Shown: positions 32,193-41,829 of the stretch, piece after piece | Position numbering within the stretch: position 1 is the first letter of the stretch | How the letters are laid out: every line of letters starts with the position of its first letter | Source: Candidatus Microgenomates bacterium | GTDB lineage: Bacteria > Patescibacteriota > Microgenomatia > UBA8517 | Assembly (NCBI GenBank): GCA_049519355.1 | Contig: JBEKQV010000002.1 | Span: 3,479 to 67,478 of the forward strand | Length of the DNA: 64,000 bases | Direction: 5' to 3' | Notes under the pieces: generated by a model | Databases searched by the model: none | Seen by the model: only the letters and a program-made list of their open reading frames with translations | Told to the model about the DNA's origin: nothing | Translations under genes and position numbers: made by a program

Positions 32193-33218
32193 TTAAAACT
32201 GTGTTAAAAATCTCAGGTCGGTACTATATATCATTCTCAGATCCGGAATATTTATTCCATCTTTCATCATTAAGACACGTTCAACGCCCCAGCCGAAAGC
32301 AAAACCAGAATATTTTTTAGAATCGATATTACCCGCTTTTAATACATTCGGGTGAACCATCCCTGCTCCTCCGAGCTCCAGCCAACCTCCTTTGCAAACC
32401 TTACATCCCTTACCTCCACAAACTCCGCAGCTGACGTCAATTTCGAATGATGGTTCAGTAAATTGAAAATGATAAGGTCTAAGTCTTGTCTTTCTTTCCG
32501 CGCCGAAGAATGATTTGGCAAAATAATCTAAAGTTCCTTTTAAATTGACGATAGAAATTCCTTTATCAATTACCAGGCCTTCAAACTGATGAAACATTGG
32601 GATGTGCGAGATGTCCAATTGCCTTCTATAACATTTGGCGATATTAATCATACGGATTGGCGGGGTTTTAACTTTGAGCATCTCTCTGACCTGTCCGTTA
32701 CTGGTATGCGGGGTCAGTACCATTTTTCCGAATCTTGAGTTTTCGGGTGCATCCACAAAGAAAGTTTCCCATTCGTCCCGGGCAGGATGTCCTTTGGGCA
32801 TATTTAAGGCTTCAAAGGCAAACCAGTCCCATTCGACTTCCGGATATCTGGCTCTTTCGAATCCGATTCTGCCGAAAATACGTGAAATTTCTTCAATGGT
32901 TTGTGTAACCAAATGAACATGTCCGATGGCCGGCTTAATCCCGGGAACCGTCGGGTCAAACCATTCCCTTACGGATTCTTTGAAACTGTTTTTCTGGTTG
33001 CTTATAAGTTCTTCAATTGATTTTTTAACTTCGTTAATAGTTAAGCCGATTTGTTTCCTTTGATCCTCTGGAGCCTCCTTAATTTTTTTAATTAAATTTG
33101 TCAGCTTTCCGCTTCTCCCAAAATAATCAATCCGGATTTGTTCAAGTTCCGCGGCGTCCTTTGACGACATAATCTGAGCCATTGCCTGATTTTTAATGCT
33201 AAGTATCTCCTCCTGCAT
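32193..33218 (-). CDS. pheS: phenylalanine--tRNA ligase alpha subunit
   Basis: Class II motifs (FRxE-like, GLVIDKG, and a C-terminal GxGxERV-type motif GWGVERV). Confidence 0.9.
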   Translation of the reverse strand: MQEEILSIKNQAMAQIMSSKDAAELEQIRIDYFGRSGKLTNLIKKIKEAPEDQRKQIGLTINEVKKSIEELISNQKNSFKESVREWFDPTVPGIKPAIGHVHLVTQTIEEISRIFGRIGFERARYPEVEWDWFAFEALNMPKGHPARDEWETFFVDAPENSRFGKMVLTPHTSNGQVREMLKVKTPPIRMINIAKCYRRQLDISHIPMFHQFEGLVIDKGISIVNLKGTLDYFAKSFFGAERKTRLRPYHFQFTEPSFEIDVSCGVCGGKGCKVCKGGWLELGGAGMVHPNVLKAGNIDSKKYSGFAFGWGVERVLMMKDGINIPDLRMIYSTDLRFLTQF

Positions 33219-33237
33219 ATATTTCTATTTTAAACTA

Positions 33238-33266
33238 AAAAAACCTCCTTTTCTTGGAGGTTTTTA
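33238..33266 (-). terminator. rho-independent terminator (bidirectional hairpin CCTCC-N7-GGAGG flanked by A/T runs) downstream of rplT
   Basis: aaaaaCCTCCttttcttGGAGGttttt lies between the rplT stop and the pheS start. Confidence 0.6.
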
Positions 33267-33288
33267 TCAAACGGCAATTTCCTCCAAG

Positions 33289-33645
33289 TTATTCTTTGGG
33301 GGTAAAGTTAAATCCGGCTTCTTTGACGATTTTCTTGAAAGTTTCGGGGTCGGAAACGGCAATTTCGCTTAAAATCTTTCTGTCGATTTCGATTTTTGAC
33401 TTTTTAAGCCCGGCTATAAATTTGCTGTAAGAAATTCCACCGGCCGCAACGCTTGCATTGATTCTTGAAATCCAAAGGGTTCTTAAATCTCTTTTCTTAA
33501 GTTTTCTTCCATGGTAGGCATAAGCTCCCGCGTGAAGTAAAGCTTCCTTGGCAACCTGGATCCTTGAGTGTCTTGCTTGTTTATAGCCCTTTGCTCTTGC
33601 AAGCATTACTCTGTGACGTCTGGCTGAAACCGATTTAACTCTCAT
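33289..33645 (-). CDS. rplT: 50S ribosomal protein L20
   Basis: [21 protein letters not shown] is the canonical L20 sequence. Confidence 0.95.
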   Translation of the reverse strand: MRVKSVSARRHRVMLARAKGYKQARHSRIQVAKEALLHAGAYAYHGRKLKKRDLRTLWISRINASVAAGGISYSKFIAGLKKSKIEIDRKILSEIAVSDPETFKKIVKEAGFNFTPKE

Positions 33646-33872
33646 TTTTTAATTTCTTTGGCCTTTGCCCTAGTCCTTGAACCTGTAGCTTTTCTGATCT
33701 TCTTTGCATAATAACCGGTTAGCTCTTTAATCCTTTTAAGATTCCTGAGCCTTTTGCTGGTTTTACCGGCCTTAAGATGGCGCCTGAAACTTTGCCGGCG
33801 CATGATTTTACCGTTTTTGGTAATCTTAAGCCTTTTTGTTATCGACTTTCTCGATTTCATTGTTTTTGACAT
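33642..33872 (-). CDS. rpmI: 50S ribosomal protein L35
   Basis: Basic 76-aa protein, [26 protein letters not shown]. Confidence 0.9.
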   Translation of the reverse strand: MSKTMKSRKSITKRLKITKNGKIMRRQSFRRHLKAGKTSKRLRNLKRIKELTGYYAKKIRKATGSRTRAKAKEIKK

Positions 33873-34416
33873 CTGGTTTTTTAATTTTTACCAACTTCTT
33901 ACTGACTGGTGAAAGAACCGTCATAAGGTACTTTCCCAAGAATTTTGGTTCCATGTCCGTTATGACAGCGTCCCCGAATTCCGCCTTGATTTTATTTATA
34001 ACCTCGTAACCTTTATGCTTTACCCTCATCTGTGGTCCTTTGAAAACTACGACCACTCGTACCTTATTTTTATCGTTAAAGAATTCCTTAATTCTTTCGA
34101 TTCTGATCTTAAAATCGTTTTCGGCTATAAAAGGACTGAACCTTATTTCTTTAACTTCTCCACCCTTGACCTTTTTGGCCTGGGCCCTGGCTTTTTTCTC
34201 TTCGGCGTATCTAAATTTGCCGAAATCAACTATTTTGGCAACCGGCGGAACCGCGTTTGGCGCGATTTCGACTAAAGTTAACCCAACCTCCTTTGCTTTC
34301 TTTATGGCTTCACTTGAGGGTAAAACTCCGACAAGTTTTCCTGTAGAATCAATTACCCTAAGGGAGGGAGCCCGTATTTGATAGTCTGTCCGCCAAAAAA
34401 GTTTAGTCTTTGCCAA
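33826..34416 (-). CDS. infC: translation initiation factor IF-3
   Basis: IRAPSLRVIDSTGKLVGV and LVEIAPNAVPPVAKIVDFGKFRYAE match IF3 N- and C-domains. Overlaps the rpmI start as usual for this operon. Confidence 0.9.
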   Translation of the reverse strand: MAKTKLFWRTDYQIRAPSLRVIDSTGKLVGVLPSSEAIKKAKEVGLTLVEIAPNAVPPVAKIVDFGKFRYAEEKKARAQAKKVKGGEVKEIRFSPFIAENDFKIRIERIKEFFNDKNKVRVVVVFKGPQMRVKHKGYEVINKIKAEFGDAVITDMEPKFLGKYLMTVLSPVSKKLVKIKKPDVKNNEIEKVDNKKA

Positions 34417-34466
34417 CTTTGTTACGATGAATTGTACCTAAAATATGAGTAATTTTCAAGGATTAA

Positions 34467-36215
34467 TTAATTGATGGTTTTTTCGTCTATTTCCGTCCTT
34501 ATGTCTTTGATAAATTCTTCAAGAGGTTTTGCCCCGTAATCTTTACCGGATCTGCCCCGTTCCGCTACTGTTCCGCCTTTTTCCTCCCTCTCGCCGATTA
34601 TGAGCATGTACGCAACCTTTTCCATCTGAGCCTGGCGGATTTTTGCCTGCAAGGTTTCGTTCCGGTCATCTAGTTCTACCCTAATATTGCTGTTTTTGAG
34701 AGCCGTTTCAACGTTTTTGGCGTAAGCGAGCTGCTTATCAGTAATTGGCAGGATTTTAACCTGAATCGGGGTAAGCCATGTCGGGAAGTTTCCTTTATAT
34801 TTTTCTATAATGAACGCCATTGTGCGCTCAACTGCTCCGATCGAAGCGCGGTGAATTACGATAGGTTCTACCTCCTGGCCTTTTTCGTCGATATATTTAA
34901 GTTCGAATCTCTTTGGCATTACAAAATCATACTGGACCGTAAACGCAGTTTCTTCCTGTCCGTTGACCTTTTTAATTTGAACGTCAATCTTCGGTCCGTA
35001 AAAGGCGGCCTCGCCCGGTGCCTCAAAATACGGTGCGTCTATTTCTTTGAGAACACTTCGTAGGACCTCTTCGGCATAGTCCCAGGCTTTGTCGTCTTTG
35101 TAATATTTCTTTTCATCACTTCTATTCCCCAGCGATAACCTGAAACGATAGTCTTTGCCGACTTCAAAACCGAATTTGCCGTTGAGGTAATTAATTAAAT
35201 CAATTACATCTTTAATAATTTCCTTTGCTTGCTCCTTGCGGGCAAAAATGTGTGAGTCGGAAAGCATAAAAGTTCTGACTCTCATGAGTCCCGAAAGTTC
35301 CCCGCTTTTCTCATACCTGAATTGGGGCGAAATCTCGGCCAATTTCAGAGGAAGTTCTTTATAACTTCTGGGAACGCTTTTATAAAGCATAAAGTGATGC
35401 GGGCAAGTCATGGGGCGGAGGATCAGTTCGTCTTCATCGACTTTCATGACCGGGTACATAGTATCTTTGTAATAAGGATAGTGTCCGGAGGTTTTATAGA
35501 GTTCCGTTTTGGCAAGGGGCGGGGTATAAACATGTTGGTATCCCCTTTTGAGTTCTTCATCGACTACAAATCTTTCCAGCTCGCGTCTTATTACGGATCC
35601 TTTAGGGGTAAGAAGCGGCAATCCTTTTCCCACAAGATCTGAAAAAACAAAGAGGTTTAATTCTTTTCCGATTTTTCTGTGATCCGATTCTTCCGCCAAA
35701 GCTTGTCTTTCCAAATATTCATCCAATTCTTTTTGTGTGGAGAATATCGTGCCGTAAATCCTGGTCAGCATTTTGTTTTTCTCGGATCCTCTCCAGTAAG
35801 CCCCCGCGATAGATAAAAGTTTGAAGTATTTAAGTTCTTCGGAAGGATTATCAATGTGTCCGCCGCGGCAAAGATCACGGAATTCGCCCGATTGGTAAAC
35901 CGTTAATCTTCCGCCTTCTTTGGAATGTTCTTCTATAAGCTCTTCTTTATATTCATTTCCGTTAAATTCTTTGAGTGCTTCATCTTTTGTGACCTCATGC
36001 TTTTCAAAACCCTTCCAGGACTTAACTAACTCGTGCATTTTCTCTTCGATTTTGGGGAGATCCTCATCGGATATTTTAACCTCACCGAAATCGATATCAT
36101 AATAAAATCCGTCGCTAGTGGCGGGTCCCAGGGTAAGTTTAGCCTTTGGCCACAAATTCATTACGGCTGCTGCCAAAAGATGTGAACACGAATGCCTTAG
36201 ATACTCTAAATTCAT
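34467..36215 (-). CDS. thrS: threonine--tRNA ligase lacking the N-terminal TGS domain
   Basis: Starts at the editing-domain HSCSHLL motif. Class II catalytic core and C-terminal anticodon-binding domain present. 582 aa. Confidence 0.9.
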   Translation of the reverse strand: MNLEYLRHSCSHLLAAAVMNLWPKAKLTLGPATSDGFYYDIDFGEVKISDEDLPKIEEKMHELVKSWKGFEKHEVTKDEALKEFNGNEYKEELIEEHSKEGGRLTVYQSGEFRDLCRGGHIDNPSEELKYFKLLSIAGAYWRGSEKNKMLTRIYGTIFSTQKELDEYLERQALAEESDHRKIGKELNLFVFSDLVGKGLPLLTPKGSVIRRELERFVVDEELKRGYQHVYTPPLAKTELYKTSGHYPYYKDTMYPVMKVDEDELILRPMTCPHHFMLYKSVPRSYKELPLKLAEISPQFRYEKSGELSGLMRVRTFMLSDSHIFARKEQAKEIIKDVIDLINYLNGKFGFEVGKDYRFRLSLGNRSDEKKYYKDDKAWDYAEEVLRSVLKEIDAPYFEAPGEAAFYGPKIDVQIKKVNGQEETAFTVQYDFVMPKRFELKYIDEKGQEVEPIVIHRASIGAVERTMAFIIEKYKGNFPTWLTPIQVKILPITDKQLAYAKNVETALKNSNIRVELDDRNETLQAKIRQAQMEKVAYMLIIGEREEKGGTVAERGRSGKDYGAKPLEEFIKDIRTEIDEKTIN

Positions 36216-36705
36216 GACTTTATATTACTACGAGGAACGGAAATTATGAAGAAGAAGTCAAATAAAAGGGTATGAAGCTATCGAGAGAGAAGGGTAAAAA
36301 AGTTGGGGTTTTAATCCAATTTTTTTTGTTAGGTTTCCCTAACTCTCTCGATAGTAAATTTTCGTGCCTACCCGGACGGGGTTTTTGTTAAGGTGTCCGT
36401 CCGGGCAGGCTTCAGTGAGGGAGGAGAGAATGAAAAAAGATGAGTTACGGGAGGGTAATACGCCCAGGGGTAAATGGTTGCTTACACAACCGCGCGCCTC
36501 GAGGCAATAACCCTGTTTGTTAGGCTTCTCCCGTTCCTCCTCTCCTCCAGTGAAAGGAAATGGCCGACCATGGTATCTGGTCGACACGCCTCCGCACGGC
36601 TGCAAGCTGCCGGTTAATAAGTAATCGGCAATTTGCAGCCTGTGAGAAAGACCATTTCTTTCCTTCCTTTAATGTGCAAAGTCTGACGCAAATGTCAGAA
36701 TTAGG
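36216..36705 (-). ncRNA. long structured 5' leader / candidate cis-regulatory RNA upstream of thrS (class unresolved)
   Basis: Non-coding stretch with markedly higher GC than the flanks and many complementary segments. These include a GGCUGCAAAUUGCCG...CGGCAGCUUGCAGCC hairpin, a CCCGGACGG...CCGUCCGGG hairpin, a purine tract (GAGGGAGGAGAG) paired with a pyrimidine tract (CUCCUCUCCUCC), and a 15-bp inverted repeat at 36281-36355 just before the start codon. No ORF with protein-like composition. Confidence 0.35.
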
Positions 36706-36709
36706 AAAT

Positions 36710-36738
36710 ACTATACCATATCAGAAACCATTTGTCAA
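36710..36738 (-). promoter_or_regulatory. near-consensus sigma70 promoter (TTGACA-N17-TATAGT) reading toward thrS
   Basis: Minus-strand -35 TTGACA (36738..36733), a 17-nt spacer, and -10 TATAGT (36715..36710). The predicted TSS is about 490 nt upstream of the thrS ATG. Confidence 0.5.
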
Positions 36739-36741
36739 CTA

Positions 36742-36957
36742 TTATGGGGTAGTATGATACTGGCATGAAAGTTCCTCGCATATAGCCGAAGAAGGCATTC
36801 CTAATGAAGAACCTATATTAAACATAACAGTTCTGCCTGCAATTGGACAGAATCCCTTAAGTACGCCCTTTTCCATCGAAGCACTGATCTTTTCATCCAT
36901 CTGATCAATTGCTACAGTATTGTTCATTGTGCATCCGTCAGCTTTAAGTTCTACCAT
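36742..36957 (-). CDS. hypothetical small Cys-containing protein, possibly co-transcribed with typA
   Basis: 71-aa ORF starting 1 nt after the typA stop. No family recognised. Confidence 0.25.
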   Translation of the reverse strand: MVELKADGCTMNNTVAIDQMDEKISASMEKGVLKGFCPIAGRTVMFNIGSSLGMPSSAICEELSCQYHTTP

Positions 36958-36958
36958 A

Positions 36959-38770
36959 TTAATGTTTAGCTAATTTTGCAGCTTTTCTGGCCTCAACCTC
37001 ATCGAGAATTATTTTTCTAATCCTAATGGATTTAGGCGTAACTTCGACCAATTCTGTATCATCAATATATTCCAGAGATTCATCAAGATCCATGATTCTT
37101 GGAGTATTAAAATGCTCCATTGTTCCTTCACCTTTACTTCTCATGTTGCTTAAGTGTTTTTCCTTGCAGACGTTAATTCTAAGATCGCCGGATCTACTGT
37201 GCTGTCCAACAACCTGGCCTTTATAGACTTTGACTGCGGGTCCTATGAAAAGTTCACCCTGATCCTGAACTTGTGTCATTCCGTAAAGCATTGTTTCGCC
37301 TGTTTCGTAGGCAACCAGGCTTCCCCTCTCACGTTCGCGGCTAAATCCGTCATCGGGGAGGAATTCAAAGAAAGCCGCGTTCATAAGCCCGAGGCCTTTG
37401 GTGTCCGTAATAAATTCACTTCTGAAGCCGATTAGTTCCTTTGTTGCAACCGTAAACTCAAGAAAGGTTATTGCCTCCACGGTTTCCATGGTATCCATTT
37501 TGGCGTGTCTTTGGCCCATTTTTTGAATAACAACTCCCGAATACGCTTCCGGAACTTCGATATAAACCTTTTCATAAGGAGTCAGGGTCTTTCCGTCAAC
37601 AACATGGTTAATAACATGGGGCCTGCTTACCTGGAATTCGTAACCTTCCCTTCGCATGCGTTCGATTAGAATCGCTAAGTGAAGCTCACCTCTACCTGAT
37701 ACGGTCCAGGTTCCGTCGGAATTGTCCTCAACCCTGAGGGCCACATCCGTTTCCAGCTCTTTATATAATCTTGCTTTTATTTGGCTTGAAGTCTTGAATT
37801 CTCCCTCTTTGCCTCCGAAAGGAGAATTGTTGACCATGAAAATCATTTTGACGGTCGGCTCTTCGATATCAAGAAGAGGTAAAGCAACAGGTGTAATGGG
37901 ATCGGCAATGGTTTCACCTATGTTTACATTCGGAATTCCTGAAACGGCAACGATATCTCCGGCCAGGGCTTCCTGTTCCTCAACCTTCCCGAGTCCCTTG
38001 AATGTATAAAGTGAGGTGATTTTAAACTTGGCAATTTGACCGTCTCTATCTATGTGGGCGATATCCTGGCCGTTTTTGATGGAGCCCGAATGAATTTTTC
38101 CGATGGCGATTCTGCCTTTGTAATTATCGTAGCCGATATTGCTGACAAGCATTTGCAAAGGTTTGCCCAAATGAGCATCGGGTTCGGGAACATATTTAAG
38201 GATTGCATCAAAAATGGGCGTAATATTAGTCATTCCGGTTAAATCCGGCGTCAGTCCGGCTTTGCCGTCGCGGCCCGATGCGTAAACCGTCGGGAAGAGC
38301 GCAGTCTCTTCATTGGCGCCGAGTTCCACAAAAAGGTCAAAAGTTTTGCCTTGGACGTATTCAGGGCGAGAACCTTTTTTATCGATTTTGTTAACAATTA
38401 CGATTATCTTTAATCCCTGCTTAAGTGCCTCCCTTAAAACGAATCTGGTTTGAGGCATCGGTCCTTCTTTGGCATCAACCAGGAGAAGAGCTCCGTCGGC
38501 CATGGAGAGGACACGTTCGACTTCCCCGCCGAAATCGGCATGGCCGGGTGTATCGATGATGTTTATCTTGACTCCTTTATATTCAATTGAGGCGTTTTTG
38601 GAGAAAATTGTAATTCCGCGCTCACGCTCAATTTCGTTGCTGTCCAAAATCGTATTTTGCTCGGCAATCTCTTTTTTCATTACCGTATGAGATTGACGCA
38701 AAAGAGCGTCGACCAGGGTGGTTTTTCCGTGGTCAACGTGAGCAATAATAGCAACGTTTCTAATTTCCAT
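36959..38770 (-). CDS. typA: translational GTPase TypA/BipA
   Basis: [20 protein letters not shown]1 motif, EF-G-like domains, and the BipA-specific C-terminal domain. 603 aa. Confidence 0.9.
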   Translation of the reverse strand: MEIRNVAIIAHVDHGKTTLVDALLRQSHTVMKKEIAEQNTILDSNEIERERGITIFSKNASIEYKGVKINIIDTPGHADFGGEVERVLSMADGALLLVDAKEGPMPQTRFVLREALKQGLKIIVIVNKIDKKGSRPEYVQGKTFDLFVELGANEETALFPTVYASGRDGKAGLTPDLTGMTNITPIFDAILKYVPEPDAHLGKPLQMLVSNIGYDNYKGRIAIGKIHSGSIKNGQDIAHIDRDGQIAKFKITSLYTFKGLGKVEEQEALAGDIVAVSGIPNVNIGETIADPITPVALPLLDIEEPTVKMIFMVNNSPFGGKEGEFKTSSQIKARLYKELETDVALRVEDNSDGTWTVSGRGELHLAILIERMRREGYEFQVSRPHVINHVVDGKTLTPYEKVYIEVPEAYSGVVIQKMGQRHAKMDTMETVEAITFLEFTVATKELIGFRSEFITDTKGLGLMNAAFFEFLPDDGFSRERERGSLVAYETGETMLYGMTQVQDQGELFIGPAVKVYKGQVVGQHSRSGDLRINVCKEKHLSNMRSKGEGTMEHFNTPRIMDLDESLEYIDDTELVEVTPKSIRIRKIILDEVEARKAAKLAKH

Positions 38771-38813
38771 TATAGGATATTCTATACCAAATGAAGCTAA
38801 TTAGCAATCCTTT

Positions 38814-38887
38814 GGGTGGACTCGGCGGGAATTGAACCCGCTACTCTTCCATGCCATGGAAGCGTGTTACCGGTATACCACGAGCCC
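38814..38887 (-). tRNA. tRNA-Ala (anticodon GGC)
   Basis: Manual fold gives a 7-bp acceptor stem with a G3:U70 pair, A73, anticodon loop AUGGCAU, and T-arm GCGGG-UUCAAUU-CCCGC. Confidence 0.8.
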
Positions 38888-38928
38888 CTGTCGACTTGAA
38901 TTATACCATCTTCAAAGCGGAACTTTAA

Positions 38929-39735
38929 TTGTGTATACTGATTTTTATGCTTAGCTTTGTCCATGTTCTGATTCTTTCGGCCGTTGAAGGTTTAACCGAA
39001 TTCCTGCCTATTTCCTCAACAGGTCACATGATTCTAGCCGGCAAGCTTCTGGGACTAACAGAAACGGATTTTCTAAAGACTTTTGAAATAGTTATTCAGC
39101 TCGGGGCAATTATGGCTATAGTGGTTCTTTACTTTAAAAAGTTTTGGACGAGTCTCGTCACGGGCGGAGTCCTTATCAAAAAACTGCTTCTGGCGTTTGT
39201 CCCGACCGCAATTGTCGGAATAGTACTTTATCCTTTTATCAAAGGTGTTCTTTTGGGAAGCTCAACCATAACTCTCAACGCTTTATTTTTCGGAGGTATT
39301 GCCATAATCGGAGTTGAATGGTTCCTGAAGCACAAAAAAGCCGGCGCAAAAACCGAAAGTCAGGTAACCTACAAACAGGCCCTTATTATCGGCACTTTTC
39401 AATCCCTTTCGGTTGTTCCGGGAGTTTCCCGGGCGGCGGCGACAATCATTGGCGGGCTTTTGACTGGGTTGGACCGCGAAACCGCAACGGAATTTTCATT
39501 TCTTTTGGCTGTTCCCACCATGATTGCGGCAACGGGACTTGATGTTTGGGAATCGCGCCACGTAATTGCCCAAGGTGGAGGGCTTGTAACGCTTTTGCTA
39601 GGAACCGTTTTGGCATTCTTTTTTGCAATCATCGCCGTTAAATTCCTGATAGGCTACATTAAAAAGCACGACTTTACAGCATTCGGAGTTTACCGCATTG
39701 TTCTTTCCGTTCTTTTTTGGATATTCGTAAAATAA
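38929..39735 (+). CDS. uppP: undecaprenyl-diphosphate phosphatase
   Basis: AVEGLTEFLPISSTGHMIL signature and 8 TM helices. Confidence 0.85.
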   Translation: MCILIFMLSFVHVLILSAVEGLTEFLPISSTGHMILAGKLLGLTETDFLKTFEIVIQLGAIMAIVVLYFKKFWTSLVTGGVLIKKLLLAFVPTAIVGIVLYPFIKGVLLGSSTITLNALFFGGIAIIGVEWFLKHKKAGAKTESQVTYKQALIIGTFQSLSVVPGVSRAAATIIGGLLTGLDRETATEFSFLLAVPTMIAATGLDVWESRHVIAQGGGLVTLLLGTVLAFFFAIIAVKFLIGYIKKHDFTAFGVYRIVLSVLFWIFVK

Positions 39736-40205
39736 AAATGATCAAAGCGCTTCTTTTTGATTTCTCGCGGACGCTTCTTTTTCCGAAGGATGTCAACTAC
39801 CGTGGAGAACTTAATTCTCTTTACAGAAAATTAATTCAGGATCCGAAGTTTGATTTTCTGTCAAATTACCAACTCAATGAAGAGATGTTGATTTATTTAG
39901 GCAACCTGAAAGTAAAATATAAGCTCTATGTATTTACATCTGGGTCTATTCAAGATGCACCCGAAATAAGGGAAAGGGTTGGCGAAGTCTTTGAAAAAGT
40001 TTTTTCCGGCGAAGAAATGATGATTTCAAAAAAAGAGCCGGAATCATACAAAAAGATTGCGGAGTTAATCGGCCTCCCCGTCTCGGATATTCTTTTCATT
40101 GATGACTCTCCGGTAAATGTTCAAGCCGCAGGTATTGCGGGTTTAAGCGCGGTTCAATACAAAGACAACAAAAGTTTAATGAATTATATTGACAGTTTGG
40201 AGTAA
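39717..40205 (+). CDS. HAD-superfamily hydrolase-like protein
   Basis: Motif I-like LLFDFSRTL (second Asp replaced) and motif IV ILFIDDSPVNVQAAG. Confidence 0.5.
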   Translation: MDIRKIKMIKALLFDFSRTLLFPKDVNYRGELNSLYRKLIQDPKFDFLSNYQLNEEMLIYLGNLKVKYKLYVFTSGSIQDAPEIRERVGEVFEKVFSGEEMMISKKEPESYKKIAELIGLPVSDILFIDDSPVNVQAAGIAGLSAVQYKDNKSLMNYIDSLE

Positions 40206-40209
40206 TTCC

Positions 40210-41178
40210 TTACAAAGCAGATTTTAGACCGGTTCTTCCCAGCTTAATCCAGTATTCATTTTCTTCCGTATTGTTTCCTTTGAATGTCTTCTCGTAGGTT
40301 GCAGATACCACATGCATCACATGTGCGACCTTTACAAATAGCGGTAGAAGTGTGATTTCCTGTTCGGTCAAAGGAATGTGCTTTTGGTATTCATTTAGAG
40401 CGAGTTTGTAATATTCGATGGACGTCTCAGGTTTGTCTTCATCGAAAAGCATATTGCAAAGTAGTACCGCCAATTCCTGAATTCTCGGATAGTACGAAGA
40501 AACAGAGAAGTCAATAATATACAATTTTCCATTCTCATCCTTTATAACGTTGGTTTTTATAATATCTCCATGGACAAAACAGTGCGGCAATTCTATTATT
40601 TTGACTGTTGAAAACTGTTTGGCGACAGGGTCGATCAATTTAATGTCATTTTTATCCAAATATTCTCTTTTCTTTTTATATTCCTCAAGGAAATGGACGA
40701 TCGCCCAGCTGTCATAAACCGGCCTTGGTTTAATATCGATTTTATTTATCAGGGCTGCCTGTTGAACCAAGAGGCGCATTTCATCGGTAGTTGCCTTTAA
40801 TTTTTTTTCATAGAAACTGAATCCGTCGATATATTCCATTACGCAAAGCGAGATTGGGGCATCGTTAAAAATAGTTGAATATAAATAGCCGTAGGAAGAT
40901 TCGAATAATCTGGGGTGATTTACGCCTGCGGCTAAGACTTTGACCATAATATCAACATATCTTTGACATTCTTCGGAGTCTCTGAAAGTGGCAAATATTT
41001 TTAAAAAATACTTTCCCTTGCTGCTTGTGATAATCAGATTAAAGTCTTCATACCCAACCTCTACCACTTTATGAGAAATATACGAGCCAAGTTGAAAATC
41101 CCGGCAGACCTGAATTAAAAGTGGTTCTATGTTCCCTGCGTAACCAATTCTTTTTTGGAAATTGTCTTCGTTATTCAT
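40210..41178 (-). CDS. APH/choline-kinase family phosphotransferase
   Basis: Brenner motif HGDIIKTNVI and the downstream IIDFS, characteristic of the aminoglycoside phosphotransferase-like kinase fold. Confidence 0.65.
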   Translation of the reverse strand: MNNEDNFQKRIGYAGNIEPLLIQVCRDFQLGSYISHKVVEVGYEDFNLIITSSKGKYFLKIFATFRDSEECQRYVDIMVKVLAAGVNHPRLFESSYGYLYSTIFNDAPISLCVMEYIDGFSFYEKKLKATTDEMRLLVQQAALINKIDIKPRPVYDSWAIVHFLEEYKKKREYLDKNDIKLIDPVAKQFSTVKIIELPHCFVHGDIIKTNVIKDENGKLYIIDFSVSSYYPRIQELAVLLCNMLFDEDKPETSIEYYKLALNEYQKHIPLTEQEITLLPLFVKVAHVMHVVSATYEKTFKGNNTEENEYWIKLGRTGLKSAL

Positions 41179-41488
41179 AAAGTTTGAGATTAGATCATCT
41201 GAATTTTAACACATCGGGGAATTTACGAGGCGGTTAAAAAAGCAACCCCCACATGTGGTGGGAGTTGCCGAATAATCAGTTCCAATTTCAGTGCTTTTGA
41301 AACTCTAATCGGCTTATTAAAAAATTAAAATCTAATTAAGATAAAGTTTGCAAAAGACTTGGAAAAAGATAAATTCTTTAAGTTTTAATTGCGTTCACCC
41401 TCTTTAAGAGTGTGCATATTTTGATAATAACACCCGAAGCTTAGAAAATGCTTAAGCGGAATATGGAGGGAACGGTTGAAGTAATAAC

Positions 41489-41543
41489 TTGGTGCACCTT
41501 TCATTTCTTGTCGCTTTCTTTGACAAAAAACAATTGGTGCACC
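41489..41543. promoter_or_regulatory. pair of identical palindromic 10-mers TTGGTGCACC (41489-41498 and 41534-41543), candidate operator sites
   Basis: Exact 10-nt direct repeat with start-to-start spacing of 45 bp. The core GGTGCACC is its own reverse complement. Confidence 0.25.
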
Positions 41544-41790
41544 CGGGCAGGTTAATGGCCGACGGCCTCGTTGAAAAATCTTCGGCCGCTCTTGGCCTGT
41601 GTGGGGCATTCCATGCTCGTTTGGTGATGGCGCGAAAGTCCGTGTCCGCAGTTGGCGCAAATCGGACCTTCGCCGTTCACCTTAACGCGCTTGGAGCTCG
41701 GCTTTCGCCTTGCACCCCGGAAAAGATTGAACATCGCTACCTTCCTTTCTTGGACGGTGAGAAAAATAACCTACTGGCGCGGATGTTATC
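41540..41790. other. GC-rich island of uncertain nature (candidate structured RNA or foreign/degraded small gene)
   Basis: Local GC is far above the window average. Dyad symmetries are present (GGCCGACGGCC, GGCCGCUCUUGGCC). Overlapping ORFs on both strands have GC-driven Ala/Arg/Gly composition. Contains GCGAAAGUCCG. Confidence 0.3.
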
Positions 41791-41829
41791 ATGGTGAGGC
41801 ACGAATGTCAAGACTATAAGATATAACTA

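Noticed and set aside
36339-36605. 88-aa minus-strand ORF and 65-aa plus-strand ORF inside the thrS leader
   Set aside because: Amino-acid composition (Gly/Arg/Pro-rich with no hydrophobic core pattern) is typical of GC-rich non-coding sequence, and the region behaves like structured RNA.
36340-36660. Possible RNase P RNA (plus strand shows GGUAAUACGCCCAGGGGUAAAUGG resembling the P8/P9 GGUAACGCCUGGGGGGAAAC region, and GUGAAAGG)
   Set aside because: The universally conserved P4 strands (GGAAAGUCCGG... and ...ACAGAACCCGGCUUA) are absent on both strands. The similarity is partial only. Kept instead as an unclassified structured leader.
41620-41710. GCGAAAGUCCG, which matches 9 nt of the RNase P P4 5' strand, suggested RNase P RNA
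   Set aside because: The only candidate 3' partner (CUCGGCUUU) is just 60 nt away, and none of the P8/P9/P10-12 elements is present. Too short and incomplete for RNase P.
41489-41797. 102-aa plus-strand ORF spanning the GC island
   Set aside because: Ala/Arg/Leu composition driven by GC. No start context. Overlaps an equally plausible minus-strand ORF.
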